DNA of 64,000 nucleotides from NCBI GenBank assembly GCA_964349465.1, contig CAYGGC010000002.1, positions 28,841 through 92,840 on the forward strand, read 5' to 3'. A program made the translations under genes and the position numbers. This document shows positions 55,172-64,000 of the stretch, one piece after another. The notes beneath the pieces were generated by a model that was not told the DNA's origin, ran no database searches, and saw nothing but the letters and a program-made list of their open reading frames with translations. The DNA is from an uncultured Gammaproteobacteria bacterium (GTDB lineage Bacteria > Patescibacteriota > Patescibacteriia > SBBC01 > CAIJZX01). Position 1 is the stretch's first letter. Each line of letters begins with the position of its first letter.

Positions 55172-55375
55172 ATGGAAAATAACGCCGTTATGCCATCCGT
55201 CCTCAAGATGGATGAGCCAACAACGACCCCAGCTCCTTCAGAACCAACTCCAGCCCTCAAAAAGAAAGACCATTGGCTGGTTGAAGTCGTCGGTGGCGTC
55301 ACTGTCGCCGGTACGATGTTGTCCGCTCTTTCGATGTGGTATTTGATGCTCACCTACGTCATCCTGCCGTCATAG
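55172..55375 (+). CDS. Possible small tail-anchored protein, 67 aa
   Basis: MENNAVMPSV...HWLVEVVGGVTVAGTMLSALSMWYLMLTYVILPS, with an A-rich leader. Weak support. Confidence 0.3.
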   Translation: MENNAVMPSVLKMDEPTTTPAPSEPTPALKKKDHWLVEVVGGVTVAGTMLSALSMWYLMLTYVILPS

Positions 55376-55461
55376 TCGACGAATCAATCATCACGTCCCT
55401 CCCCTATGGCCTCCAGTCATGGGGGTTTTCTTTTCCCGCAAAAACCGATAGACTGCTGAGT

Positions 55462-56895
55462 ATGGCTGACCTGAAACTCTATAATACAAGGAAGCGAAAA
55501 CTCGAGCCCTTCACCCCGATCCATAAGGATCAGGTCGGATTGTATACCTGTGGCCCAACCGTCTATGGCACGGCCCACCTAGGAAATTTACGGACGTATA
55601 TCTTTGAGGATATTCTCCATCGAACGCTGGTCCTGAACGGATACAACGTCAAGCATGTCATGAACATTACCGACGTTGGTCATCTGACCGGCGATGGCGA
55701 TATGGGCGAGGATAAGATGGAGCTGAGTGCGAAACAAGAGAAAAAAAGCGCCTACGATATCGCCGCTCAGCATGAACGGGAGTTTTTTGCTGATCTTCAG
55801 AAACTCAACATCCTGACCCCGGACGTTATTCTGCATGCAACAAAAACAATTGATCTTCAGATTGATCTCATCAAGCGCCTGGAAGACCGAGGGGTGACGT
55901 ATACAACCTCCAACGGTATCTATTTCGACACTTCAAAATTCCCTCGCTACGGCGAGTTAAGTGGCCAGAAATCCGCCGACAAGAAGGCCGGAGCGCGCGT
56001 TGAGGTAAACGACGAGAAAAAGCACCCGACCGACTTTGCCCTCTGGAAATTCTCGAACCCCGAGGACAAACGCCAGATGGAATGGCCGAGTCCGTGGGGC
56101 GTCGGTTTTCCTGGGTGGCACATCGAGTGTTCAGCCATGAGTATGCATGAGCTCGGCGAGCAGTTTGATATTCATACCGGCGGGGTTGATCACATTGCCG
56201 TGCACCACGAAAACGAAATCGCCCAAAGCGAAGCTGCAACCGGTAAGCATCCGTTTGTGAATGTTTGGATGCATGGTGAGTTTTTGGTATTGCCAGGGAA
56301 ACGGATGGGAAAATCTGAGGGAAATAGTATTACCCTCTCAGAGATTATTGATAAGGGAATTGATCCACTCGCTTTCCGCTATCTGTGCTTGCAGTCGCAC
56401 TACCGGAAGCCGTTATCGTTTACATGGGAGTCTTTAGAAGCTGCTCAAAGAGGTCTTACCAGTCTTTGGCAAGAAATCAACAAAATACATTCACAATCTA
56501 AGCTTTCACTAACAACCAATGTACCGGTTGATGAAAATAATAACGCTCGGTATGATGAAATTTTTTTTGAAGCAGTTGGTCAGGATATAAATACTGCCGC
56601 AGCTCTAGCAATCGTTCATGAGAGCCTTGATTCCGACATTTCTGCGAAAGCAAAAATAGAACTCCTTTCGTTTTTTGAACAAGTTCTTGGACTCGATCTC
56701 ACTCCTGAAGCAGCCGCCAAACATCTCATTCAATCTGAAGAAGTCATTGGCCACGAATCCGATCTCAAAGACTACGAAACGGCCCGTGCCGAAAAACGCT
56801 ACGCCGACTCCGATAAAATCCGTCAGCAATTCGCTGATATGGGTCTCACCGTTGAAGATCTTCCGGACGGCACCTCGCGGTTGCGAAAGAAATAA
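55462..56895 (+). CDS. cysS: Cysteinyl-tRNA synthetase
   Basis: YTCGPTVYGTAHLGN is the HIGH region and KMGKSEGN the KMSKS region. CysRS-type zinc residues (C, C/H) are present. The start position is within about 1 nt. Confidence 0.85.
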   Translation: MADLKLYNTRKRKLEPFTPIHKDQVGLYTCGPTVYGTAHLGNLRTYIFEDILHRTLVLNGYNVKHVMNITDVGHLTGDGDMGEDKMELSAKQEKKSAYDIAAQHEREFFADLQKLNILTPDVILHATKTIDLQIDLIKRLEDRGVTYTTSNGIYFDTSKFPRYGELSGQKSADKKAGARVEVNDEKKHPTDFALWKFSNPEDKRQMEWPSPWGVGFPGWHIECSAMSMHELGEQFDIHTGGVDHIAVHHENEIAQSEAATGKHPFVNVWMHGEFLVLPGKRMGKSEGNSITLSEIIDKGIDPLAFRYLCLQSHYRKPLSFTWESLEAAQRGLTSLWQEINKIHSQSKLSLTTNVPVDENNNARYDEIFFEAVGQDINTAAALAIVHESLDSDISAKAKIELLSFFEQVLGLDLTPEAAAKHLIQSEEVIGHESDLKDYETARAEKRYADSDKIRQQFADMGLTVEDLPDGTSRLRKK

Positions 56896-56919
56896 AAACA
56901 CGCTATAGTCGTCCCTCTC

Positions 56920-57900
56920 ATGCCTAGTAATTTTTGGTTACAACTCAAGAAACCCATTCTCGCTTTAGCGCCAATGGAAGGGGTCACCGACCGAGCCTAT
57001 CGCCTCCTCTGTAAAGAATATGGCGCTGATGTCGTCTATACCGAATTCATGCCCGCGGACGGTATTTTTCACCGCGCCCGTAAGGTTCTCGAGAAAATGA
57101 AGCGAGGTGATGATGAGCGACCGGTTATCTGCCAAATCTTCGGCAAGGACCCGGTCAAATTCGCTGACGCGGCGAAGTTTATTGAAGAGGCCGGTTTTGA
57201 CGGGGTCGATCTGAATTTTGGCTGTCCGGCAAAGAAAGTGATTGGAAGCGGCGGTGGTGTCGCGCTCTTACGAAACCCGGACCATGCGCGACGCCTGGTC
57301 GAAGCGGCACTCGAAAAGATTTCTATCCCCCTCTCGATTAAAGTCCGAACGAGTATCCGCAAAGAACGAAAAGAAATTTCCCCCGGTGAACCAGAACGAT
57401 ATACTGCCCTCGATCTCGTTGAATCAATAAAAGGACTTCCGGTCGCCGCCATCATGGTCCACGGTCGCTCATTCGAGCAAGGTCATGCTGGCAACGTTGA
57501 CACGGATATGATCCGCCAGGTCAAGGAAAAGTTTCCGGGCCTCGTGCTCGCAAATGGTGGAATTCAAACACCTCAGGACGCAGCAACCATGCTAGAAGCA
57601 ACCGGCGCTGATGGTGTCGGTATCGCCCGTGGAAGTTGGGGCAAGCCCTGGATCTTCCGCCAAACACGTGAACTACTCGAGACAGGCCATGTCACAGCCT
57701 TAACGACCGATGAACTGAAAGCCGCGATTCTCCGGCATGCCGGTCTGCTTCTAGAGCACAAAGGTCCGCACGGGCTGATTGAGTTTCGCAAACATTTCGC
57801 ACATTTCATCTCCGGTCGACCAGGCGCGGCGCAAATGCGAGCAGCGGCGGTGCGCGTTTCAACCCTGGATGATGTCCAAAAACTCGTACAGCAGTTATAA
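56920..57900 (+). CDS. tRNA-dihydrouridine synthase (Dus family)
   Basis: LAPMEGVTDRAYRLLCKEYGADVVYTEFM...GFDGVDLNFGCPAKKV, a TIM-barrel Dus signature with a catalytic Cys. Confidence 0.8.
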   Translation: MPSNFWLQLKKPILALAPMEGVTDRAYRLLCKEYGADVVYTEFMPADGIFHRARKVLEKMKRGDDERPVICQIFGKDPVKFADAAKFIEEAGFDGVDLNFGCPAKKVIGSGGGVALLRNPDHARRLVEAALEKISIPLSIKVRTSIRKERKEISPGEPERYTALDLVESIKGLPVAAIMVHGRSFEQGHAGNVDTDMIRQVKEKFPGLVLANGGIQTPQDAATMLEATGADGVGIARGSWGKPWIFRQTRELLETGHVTALTTDELKAAILRHAGLLLEHKGPHGLIEFRKHFAHFISGRPGAAQMRAAAVRVSTLDDVQKLVQQL

Positions 57901-57938
57901 AAAACAACAGCATCCTCGTTGAACGAGGATGCTGTTTA
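57901..57938. terminator. Bidirectional intrinsic terminator
   Basis: AACAGCATCCTCGTT-gaa-CGAGGATGCTGTT, preceded by AAAA and followed by TACGG. Confidence 0.55.
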
Positions 57939-57946
57939 CGGAATAC

Positions 57947-58654
57947 TTATTTAACCGAGATTGATCGCGCTTCGAGCGTGTTCGTGGTCGCATTCCAGCG
58001 GCCGATCACTTTTCCGTGATCGCCATTCATGACCACTCCGAGTGAAATAACCCCGACCTGCTTCTTGGTAATAACCGTCTGGGCATCAACCGTCACATTC
58101 GTCATTTTCCCTAAGCCGCTTGGTCGACGTGTTACGGTAAACGAGTTTGTTCCGGCATTCACATTCTGAAAGAATCCTTTCACTTCGACAAGACGAATGG
58201 CCTTATCTTCAATTTTTAACGCGACGCCGTTTGTGCGTGATGTCGCCCGGACCGTCACGCGGTCGCCGACCTGAATGTCGCTCACGCGAGCGCGGCGGCT
58301 GTGCTTCCCGATCACAATCGTCGACTCATTGATTGCAAGAGTTGTTACGACCGGCGTTACGACGCTGTTCGTATTTCCGTTACTATTTCCATTCGTATTG
58401 CTGTTGTCGTCGGAATTCGTATTGCCATTCTGATTACCATTGTGGTTATCTTCGACGCGTGGGGCGCCAGTAACCGTTATGGATGTGGCTGAGACTGCTG
58501 TAACGACCCCACGAACCCGAACCGTCTGGACTGCGACCGAACGATGCGATTCGCGTTCGAACTGACCTTGACCATCTTTAGCTAAACCAACCAGCGGCAT
58601 GGCAACTAAACTGGCAACGACGCCAGCTATTACTATCCCTTTGCTCATTTTCAT
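57947..58654 (-). CDS. Secreted protein with an Asn/Gly/Thr-rich low-complexity repeat
   Basis: Signal peptide MKMSKGIVIAGVVASLVAMPLVGLA. NGNQNGNTNSDDNSNTNGNSNGNTNS repeat. Shares the VTAVSATSITV block with the next gene. Confidence 0.5.
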   Translation of the reverse strand: MKMSKGIVIAGVVASLVAMPLVGLAKDGQGQFERESHRSVAVQTVRVRGVVTAVSATSITVTGAPRVEDNHNGNQNGNTNSDDNSNTNGNSNGNTNSVVTPVVTTLAINESTIVIGKHSRRARVSDIQVGDRVTVRATSRTNGVALKIEDKAIRLVEVKGFFQNVNAGTNSFTVTRRPSGLGKMTNVTVDAQTVITKKQVGVISLGVVMNGDHGKVIGRWNATTNTLEARSISVK

Positions 58655-58725
58655 ACATTCCTGATATTACCTAATAAGGACGTTGTACTACATGAACCGG
58701 CCCTTACAGAAAAGTGTTACAAAAG

Positions 58726-58753
58726 AAAAAACCGGCCAAAAAGGCCGGTTTTT
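58726..58753. terminator. Bidirectional intrinsic terminator between the two secreted paralogues
   Basis: AAAAAACCGGCC-aaaaa-GGCCGGTTTTT. Confidence 0.55.
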
Positions 58754-58765
58754 GTGAGCGGGAAT

Positions 58766-59527
58766 TTACTGTGTGATGGTAACTTTGCTAGCCAAGAAAT
58801 ACTTGCCAACGCTGTTCCAACTACCGCGCACCGTTACCTTCTTTTCGGCGTTCATGGCCGCGGTCAGGTCATCGAACGTGGCGGCGGTCACCGGCTCGGT
58901 CCCGAACCAGTAGGTCGTGCCTTCATGGGTTTTTACCAGGGCCGAAACGGTCTTGGTCAACCCGCTTTCCGTTTGCTTTTGTCGCAGGACCAGTTTAAAG
59001 GTCTTGGCGGTCGTGTTCACGTCGGTAATGGTGCCCTTGATTTGCCCCCACCAGATCGACTTGTCCCAGATGAGCTTGGCGATACCTCCTTCAAACTTCG
59101 TGCCCCAAACCTTCACGGTATCACCAACGGCAACTTCGGTAATCGAAGCAGTGCCCTTGAATTTTCGAAGAACCTTCGTCGTCGCGTCAACACCAAAGGT
59201 GTATGAAGTCGTGACGATCGCGTCGTCCGATGAGGTGTTCGTGTTTTCTGTTTGAGCGCTGACTTCAGCCTTTTTACTTCGAACGGCGACCGTAATCGAA
59301 GTCGCGCTGACGGCGGTCACTTTGCCGTTGGCGTAGACCATCGTCTTATTTTCTTCGAGTCGCTTGAACATTCCAATCCCATTGCGATCGCCTTTACCAT
59401 CCAAGGCAGATTCTTCGCCATGGAGGAATTTTGGCAAACCCTTCGACGAGGTTTTCGCTTCGGCCGACGGCCCGAGAAGCATGGTGACGATCGCGATCAG
59501 CGGGAGAACTAAGAATGCTTTTCTCAT
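58766..59527 (-). CDS. Secreted protein, paralogue of the 57947..58654 gene
   Basis: Signal peptide MRKAFLVLPLIAIVTMLLGPSAEA. Contains the shared VTAVSATSITV block. Confidence 0.5.
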   Translation of the reverse strand: MRKAFLVLPLIAIVTMLLGPSAEAKTSSKGLPKFLHGEESALDGKGDRNGIGMFKRLEENKTMVYANGKVTAVSATSITVAVRSKKAEVSAQTENTNTSSDDAIVTTSYTFGVDATTKVLRKFKGTASITEVAVGDTVKVWGTKFEGGIAKLIWDKSIWWGQIKGTITDVNTTAKTFKLVLRQKQTESGLTKTVSALVKTHEGTTYWFGTEPVTAATFDDLTAAMNAEKKVTVRGSWNSVGKYFLASKVTITQ

Positions 59528-59616
59528 AGTAGTATCTACTTTAATGATAAACCCCTTTATATAGTATTTCGAAAACGGGCGCGGCGTGTTACATCAGGCT
59601 CGTCAAGAACAGAGAG

Positions 59617-60198
59617 TTAGATTTCGTATTTGTACTTTTTATCACTACTGCCGCCACGGATCAGAATCATCGATACAATCGGCGCGACAATCCAGAAGAA
59701 ACGTGCGTTATCCTGAGCGAAAAGTCGCTGGGTAATTGGCGCCAAATTCGCCGTCGCGGAATCGGGTAAAAACGAGAGCGTGATCGAGACCAATAACCCA
59801 ACATGCAAAAAACTAAAGAGAAGAACTTGCCACCAGGAACCGGCGCTATCCGATTTTGCCACGGTCGCCAATAAAGCTGAGCGTGACATCAAGAAGAAGA
59901 GGGCGACAAAAACGACAACAAAGGTCGAAACCCGAACGACAAAAAACTGATTGACGCCCACGTCGGCCGTAAAGCTCCCGATATACGGCGCAAAGTTTAC
60001 GACCGCCAGCGCCATATAGACCGAAATCAGAATCGTAATAACTCGATCACGTCCTAGGCTAAGTCCATATAACAACGCGGCCACCACGAAAAATAGGATA
60101 ATAAACAAATCCCAGCTGGGCTGGGCCCAGTTGATGTTCGCCACGAAGCTTTTTGCTTCGGTCGTGGTTTGGGTCAGGTTGACCGCCAAAAGTGGCAT
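59617..60198 (-). CDS. Multi-pass membrane protein (hypothetical), 193 aa
   Basis: Five or six predicted TM helices. The ORF ends KKYKYEI. Confidence 0.5.
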   Translation of the reverse strand: MPLLAVNLTQTTTEAKSFVANINWAQPSWDLFIILFFVVAALLYGLSLGRDRVITILISVYMALAVVNFAPYIGSFTADVGVNQFFVVRVSTFVVVFVALFFLMSRSALLATVAKSDSAGSWWQVLLFSFLHVGLLVSITLSFLPDSATANLAPITQRLFAQDNARFFWIVAPIVSMILIRGGSSDKKYKYEI

Positions 60199-60270
60199 GA
60201 GAAATACTTATGTTTTACTTTGGTATTTGTAGTATAGCACAAAATTACCGAATTGGCAACTTCAGCTGTA

Positions 60271-61356
60271 CTAGACGCCTTCGTCGGCTAATTCTTTTAA
60301 AAGCTTTTTGGCCTTGCCGCTGAGCTGCTTCGGAATCGCGATGGTGACCGTCGCGAGATGATTGCCGCGCCCACGACCGCGTAACTGGGTAATCCCCTTG
60401 CCTTTCAGTGAAAAGGTTTTACCACTTGGGGTACCGGCTGGAATTTTCAAGGTCACTGGACCGTCTAACGTTTCCACGCTGACCGTGCCACCAAGGGCCG
60501 CGGTCGTTAACGGAATAACGACGTCACTCAACACATCATCTTCTTCGCGGGTGAACTGTGGATCGGGCGCGATAGAAATATCAAGATAGAGATCGCCGGT
60601 CGGCACACCGCGACGCCCCGCCTCGCCTTTGCCGGTTAGTTTGATCCGTTGACCAGCATCAATGCCGGCTGGAATTTTGACCGTAATAGATTCCGTTTCT
60701 TCGCGCCGACCGTCACCATGACAACGCTGACACGGATCGGACACGATTGTCCCCTCGCCATCGCAGGTCGGACAGACACCAACAGATTGGACGGCACCGA
60801 GAAAGGTTTGCTGAACACGTTGAACTTGCCCCCGCCCGTTGCAGGTTGAACATTGCTTCGCGCTTGTCCCCGATTTGGCACCACTGCCGGCACATTCGGT
60901 ACAACGAACATGATGGCGCACTTGAATCACTTCTTCTCCGCCAAACGCGGCGAGGCGGAATGGAACCCGAAGGTCGGCTCGGATATCCGCACCACGAGAC
61001 GGTCGAGCTGAGCCACGTCGGCCGCCGCCAAAACCAAATAAGTCGCCGAACATATCGCCCAGATCACCCATGTCGACGTTACCCGAAAATCCGCCACCAA
61101 ACGGGCCCGCGCCGCCGGCTGGTCCCCCGCCCTGTCGGCGGGCTTGATCAAACGTTTGCCCGTACTGGTCATACTGCTGGCGTTTTTCAGCGTCACTAAG
61201 GACCTGATAGGCTTCGTTGATTTTTTTGAATTGCTCAGCATCCCCGGTGGATTTATCCGGGTGAAACTGGTGAGCCTTGGTCCGAAAGGCTTTTTTAATC
61301 TCGTCCGCCGAGGCAGTCCGGCTTACGCCAAGTAAATTGTAGTAGTCGTCAGCCAT
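60271..61356 (-). CDS. dnaJ: Chaperone DnaJ
   Basis: J-domain MADDYYNLLGVSRTASADEIKKAFR...HPDK, a G/F region, and four CxxCxGxG zinc-finger repeats (CTECAGSG, CSTCNGRG, CPTCDGEG, CQRCHGDG). Confidence 0.85.
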   Translation of the reverse strand: MADDYYNLLGVSRTASADEIKKAFRTKAHQFHPDKSTGDAEQFKKINEAYQVLSDAEKRQQYDQYGQTFDQARRQGGGPAGGAGPFGGGFSGNVDMGDLGDMFGDLFGFGGGRRGSARPSRGADIRADLRVPFRLAAFGGEEVIQVRHHVRCTECAGSGAKSGTSAKQCSTCNGRGQVQRVQQTFLGAVQSVGVCPTCDGEGTIVSDPCQRCHGDGRREETESITVKIPAGIDAGQRIKLTGKGEAGRRGVPTGDLYLDISIAPDPQFTREEDDVLSDVVIPLTTAALGGTVSVETLDGPVTLKIPAGTPSGKTFSLKGKGITQLRGRGRGNHLATVTIAIPKQLSGKAKKLLKELADEGV

Positions 61357-61414
61357 AGTCGCGAATCACCATACCAAATTAGCACTCGCTTTGCAAGAGT
61401 GCTAAATCTGGAAA

Positions 61415-62683
61415 CTATCCTCGGCCACCCACGAGCCACTGTTCATCCCGACGCGGATCGGCCAACAGAATCTTGACGGCCCGTTCGAGGCGACTCGCAT
61501 ACCTTGACCCTTTAAAGAGCAACGCGTCGCCGGCCTGAATCAATGGTCGAATCGTTGTGGCCGCGGCCTCGGCCGTCGGCACATTAAAGATGCGGGCATT
61601 TGGAAAACGTTTGAGATGGGCCGCGTCACCAATCCGCTTCGCTAACGGACCAACCGTAATAATCGTTTCAATGACCTGTGGTGATAATAATGCGCCAATC
61701 TGATCATGCGCCTCGGCCGCGCTCGCGCCGAGTTCGGACATTTGCCCAAGGATAACGTGTTTCTTCCCAGGCACAGTCAGATCAATCAAGGTTGTCACGG
61801 CCGCCTGCATCGCTGCCGGCGAAGCGTTATAGGTATCATCAATAATAACCGTCCCTTCAACGCCGGGAAAAACGCGCATCCGACCGGGCGGGACACGGTA
61901 ATGACTTAGTCGTTGGACGCTTTCAAACACCTCGTCACCGCAAGCGACCGCTACCGTTAAGGCCGCGGCGATTGGATACGCCTGATGACGACCAATCACC
62001 CCCGGCAAGGCGACCGGGATAACACTCCCGGCCACCGCGACCTTGATGATTTGCCCGGTTGGCAAGCCATGCTGATCGGTGGTTAAACGCACTTGGTCAA
62101 TCCGAACGTCGGCCGTCATGTCCCATCCGTACGTCATGACTCGGCTACGCAACGAGGATCGAATTTTTTTGCTATGTGGGTCGTCGAGGTTCAGAATTGC
62201 CGTGCCGTCGGACTGAAGTAATCGCACCACGAGCGACTCTTCGGCGACGACCGCTTCAAGCGAATCAAAAAATTCCATGTGCTCGGGAGTGAGCGCGGTC
62301 AAAATCCCAATCTTCGGGCGGGCCAGTTCAACCAACGGACGCAAGTCACCTGGCTTATCCGCGCCAAGTTCTAAAACAACTGCCGCCGGGTATGGGCGCC
62401 GCGCGAGCAACTGCGTCAGCCCCGCGACTAGCACCATCCCCCATTGCCAGAGGCTGGTCGGTGCCGTACCACCGGTCATAATCGTCAACGGGACCCCAAT
62501 TTCGCCATTAAAATTTCCAACAGTTTGTCGTAACGTCCGCGTTGACGTTGCTAACGCGGCCGCGACCGCTTCTTTTGTTCCGGTCTTCCCGACCGACCCG
62601 GCCACCGCCACAACCAACGGGCGCTCACGTCGCAAAATCCCCCGAGCGATTGACCGAAATATAAAGCGAACAAAAAATTTCAT
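61415..62683 (-). CDS. murF: UDP-N-acetylmuramoyl-tripeptide--D-alanyl-D-alanine ligase
   Basis: The Mur ligase P-loop VAVAGSVGKTGTKE, the central GQMSELG-type motif and the C-terminal domain are present. The start at 62683 is 1 nt after the PBP stop. Confidence 0.7.
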   Translation of the reverse strand: MKFFVRFIFRSIARGILRRERPLVVAVAGSVGKTGTKEAVAAALATSTRTLRQTVGNFNGEIGVPLTIMTGGTAPTSLWQWGMVLVAGLTQLLARRPYPAAVVLELGADKPGDLRPLVELARPKIGILTALTPEHMEFFDSLEAVVAEESLVVRLLQSDGTAILNLDDPHSKKIRSSLRSRVMTYGWDMTADVRIDQVRLTTDQHGLPTGQIIKVAVAGSVIPVALPGVIGRHQAYPIAAALTVAVACGDEVFESVQRLSHYRVPPGRMRVFPGVEGTVIIDDTYNASPAAMQAAVTTLIDLTVPGKKHVILGQMSELGASAAEAHDQIGALLSPQVIETIITVGPLAKRIGDAAHLKRFPNARIFNVPTAEAAATTIRPLIQAGDALLFKGSRYASRLERAVKILLADPRRDEQWLVGGRG

Positions 62684-62684
62684 G

Positions 62685-64000
62685 TTATTGGTTGGCCGTA
62701 TCAGCCGGCGGGACGCCCATATAGAGCAAAAGGAATTTCGCAATATCACCGAACAGTGGCGCGGCTGATGATTCGGCGAATTGGACGTCGCGTGGGCGCA
62801 CGAGTTGAACCACCATCACAAAGCGTGGATTTTCGACCGGTGCAAAGCCTGCAAAGGTCCCAATCGTTTCGTTCTCATGGTAGGCACCGGTTTTCGGATC
62901 AGGAATCTGGGCCGTCCCGGTTTTTCCAGCCACAAAGTATCCAGGCACACCGGCCTTTTTCCCGTGTCCGTTTTGGACAACCCGAACCAGCATCGCGCCA
63001 ATCGTGGCCGATGTTTTCGCGCTCAACACTTGGCGGACAAGTTTAGGCTGTGTCGTGGTCGACGTCCCATCAGACTTTTTGACGGTATCAACCAGGTACG
63101 GTTGCATCAATTTACCACCATTGGCTAGCGCGCCGTATGCGGCCGCGAGTTGTAACGGCGTGACCGTTAGCCCCTGACCAAACGAACCGGTCATGGCATA
63201 AATATCTTTGCCCTTCGTTAAAGAGCTGATATTACCGGTCGACTCACTCAGCTCGACACCCGTCGGCGCGCCAAACCCATAAGCTTGAACATATCGCTCG
63301 AAGGTCGTTGGCCCTATTTGCTGCATCGCGTATATCGCGCCAGTGTTCAGAGATTTTTCAAGCACCTCGTACATCGTCTGGACACCATTCGATTTCTTGT
63401 CAGAGTTCCGAATCGTAAAGCTACCGACTTTTACCTCTCCGGTATCGGTATAGGTTGTGTCCGGGGTGAGCGCGTCTTCATTGAGGGCTGCCGCCATCGT
63501 AAAGGGCTTGAACACCGAACCAGGTTCATATGACTGGGTCGCTGGGTTCACGAACGTCTTAACGTCTTTAACATCAGCGTAGCTGTTTGGATCAAAGTCC
63601 GGCGCGCCACACATCGCCAGTACCGCGCCAGTTTGTGGGTCAAGAATAACGACACTGCCACCATCGGCGCCATGTTTTTTCACCGCCTCATTTAACGACC
63701 GGCACGCTTCAAATTGAATCGTCCGATCAATCGTAAGCACAAAATCCGACCCATCAATGGCCGGCTGCCACAGCTGTGCCGCCGTCGCGATCAACTGACC
63801 GGAGGCGTCTTTTTCCGCTTGTAAATATCCTTGGCGTCCGGCTAACTCAGTTTCATGCGCACCTTCAAGCCCGTAGCGACCAACTTTCTTTTTATCATCA
63901 AACCCAACGAACCCAAGAATATGTGATCCAATGCTTTTTTCCGGGTAATACCGAGTATTTTCATCGGCGAAATAGAGTCCCGGGATTTTTAGGGCCAGAA
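62685..64000 (-). CDS. Penicillin-binding protein, class B transpeptidase (FtsI/PBP2-like). 5' partial because the N-terminus lies beyond the right window edge.
   Basis: KTGTA motif (VAGKTGTAQIP) and an S-x-x-K region. The frame remains open to position 64000 and encodes ...GRYGLEGAHETELAGRQGYLQ. Confidence 0.75.
   Translation of the reverse strand, partial: LALKIPGLYFADENTRYYPEKSIGSHILGFVGFDDKKKVGRYGLEGAHETELAGRQGYLQAEKDASGQLIATAAQLWQPAIDGSDFVLTIDRTIQFEACRSLNEAVKKHGADGGSVVILDPQTGAVLAMCGAPDFDPNSYADVKDVKTFVNPATQSYEPGSVFKPFTMAAALNEDALTPDTTYTDTGEVKVGSFTIRNSDKKSNGVQTMYEVLEKSLNTGAIYAMQQIGPTTFERYVQAYGFGAPTGVELSESTGNISSLTKGKDIYAMTGSFGQGLTVTPLQLAAAYGALANGGKLMQPYLVDTVKKSDGTSTTTQPKLVRQVLSAKTSATIGAMLVRVVQNGHGKKAGVPGYFVAGKTGTAQIPDPKTGAYHENETIGTFAGFAPVENPRFVMVVQLVRPRDVQFAESSAAPLFGDIAKFLLLYMGVPPADTANQ

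Noticed and set aside
57960-58500. Possible CRISPR-like or tandem DNA repeat in the Asn-rich region
   Set aside because: The repetition is at codon level (AAT/GGA/ACG units) inside an ORF that has a signal peptide. There are no spacer-repeat periodicity and no cas genes.

Overview
This 64-kb window looks like a compact, gene-dense bacterial chromosome segment. Average GC is about 52%, with sharp local excursions. Genes are mostly on the minus strand and tightly packed, with many ATGA-type overlaps. Shine-Dalgarno usage is mixed: some genes have strong GGAGG sites, others have A-rich leaders or look leaderless.

Content, left to right:
- A cell-surface polysaccharide locus: a DUF4012-like envelope protein, two GT4 glycosyltransferases, a Wzz-like protein and the initiating polyprenyl-phosphate sugar transferase.
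- RNase P RNA with its own promoter.
- A long co-directional run on the minus strand: RNase HI, RecJ, a two-subunit 2-oxoacid:ferredoxin oxidoreductase, acetate kinase, PduL phosphotransacylase, two tandem iPGM paralogues, enolase, PGK and NDH-2.
- A T-box leader in front of an archaeal-type AspRS.
- The most unusual locus (24.9-31.2 kb): a response regulator, a 7TM-GAF-GAF histidine kinase, a small membrane protein, a LuxI/FeeM/OlsB-superfamily N-acyltransferase and three free-standing paralogues of the kinase's own 7TM sensor domain. All are translationally coupled. About 2.9 kb of this locus is markedly AT-rich, and the composition break falls inside the kinase gene.
- A 7-kb island of secreted proteins and lipoproteins. 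It includes two CHAP-amidase paralogues and a promoter-plus-leader element repeated three times.
- SSB, TypA, tRNA-Gln, dnaX, a VirD4/TraD-like ATPase, a GC-rich pair of lipoproteins, a membrane-anchored truncated Clp D1 protein, cysS, dus, dnaJ, murF and a partial PBP.

I saw no CRISPR array, rRNA gene, transposase or integrase. Every functional call rests on motif recognition from memory. I could not run any search.
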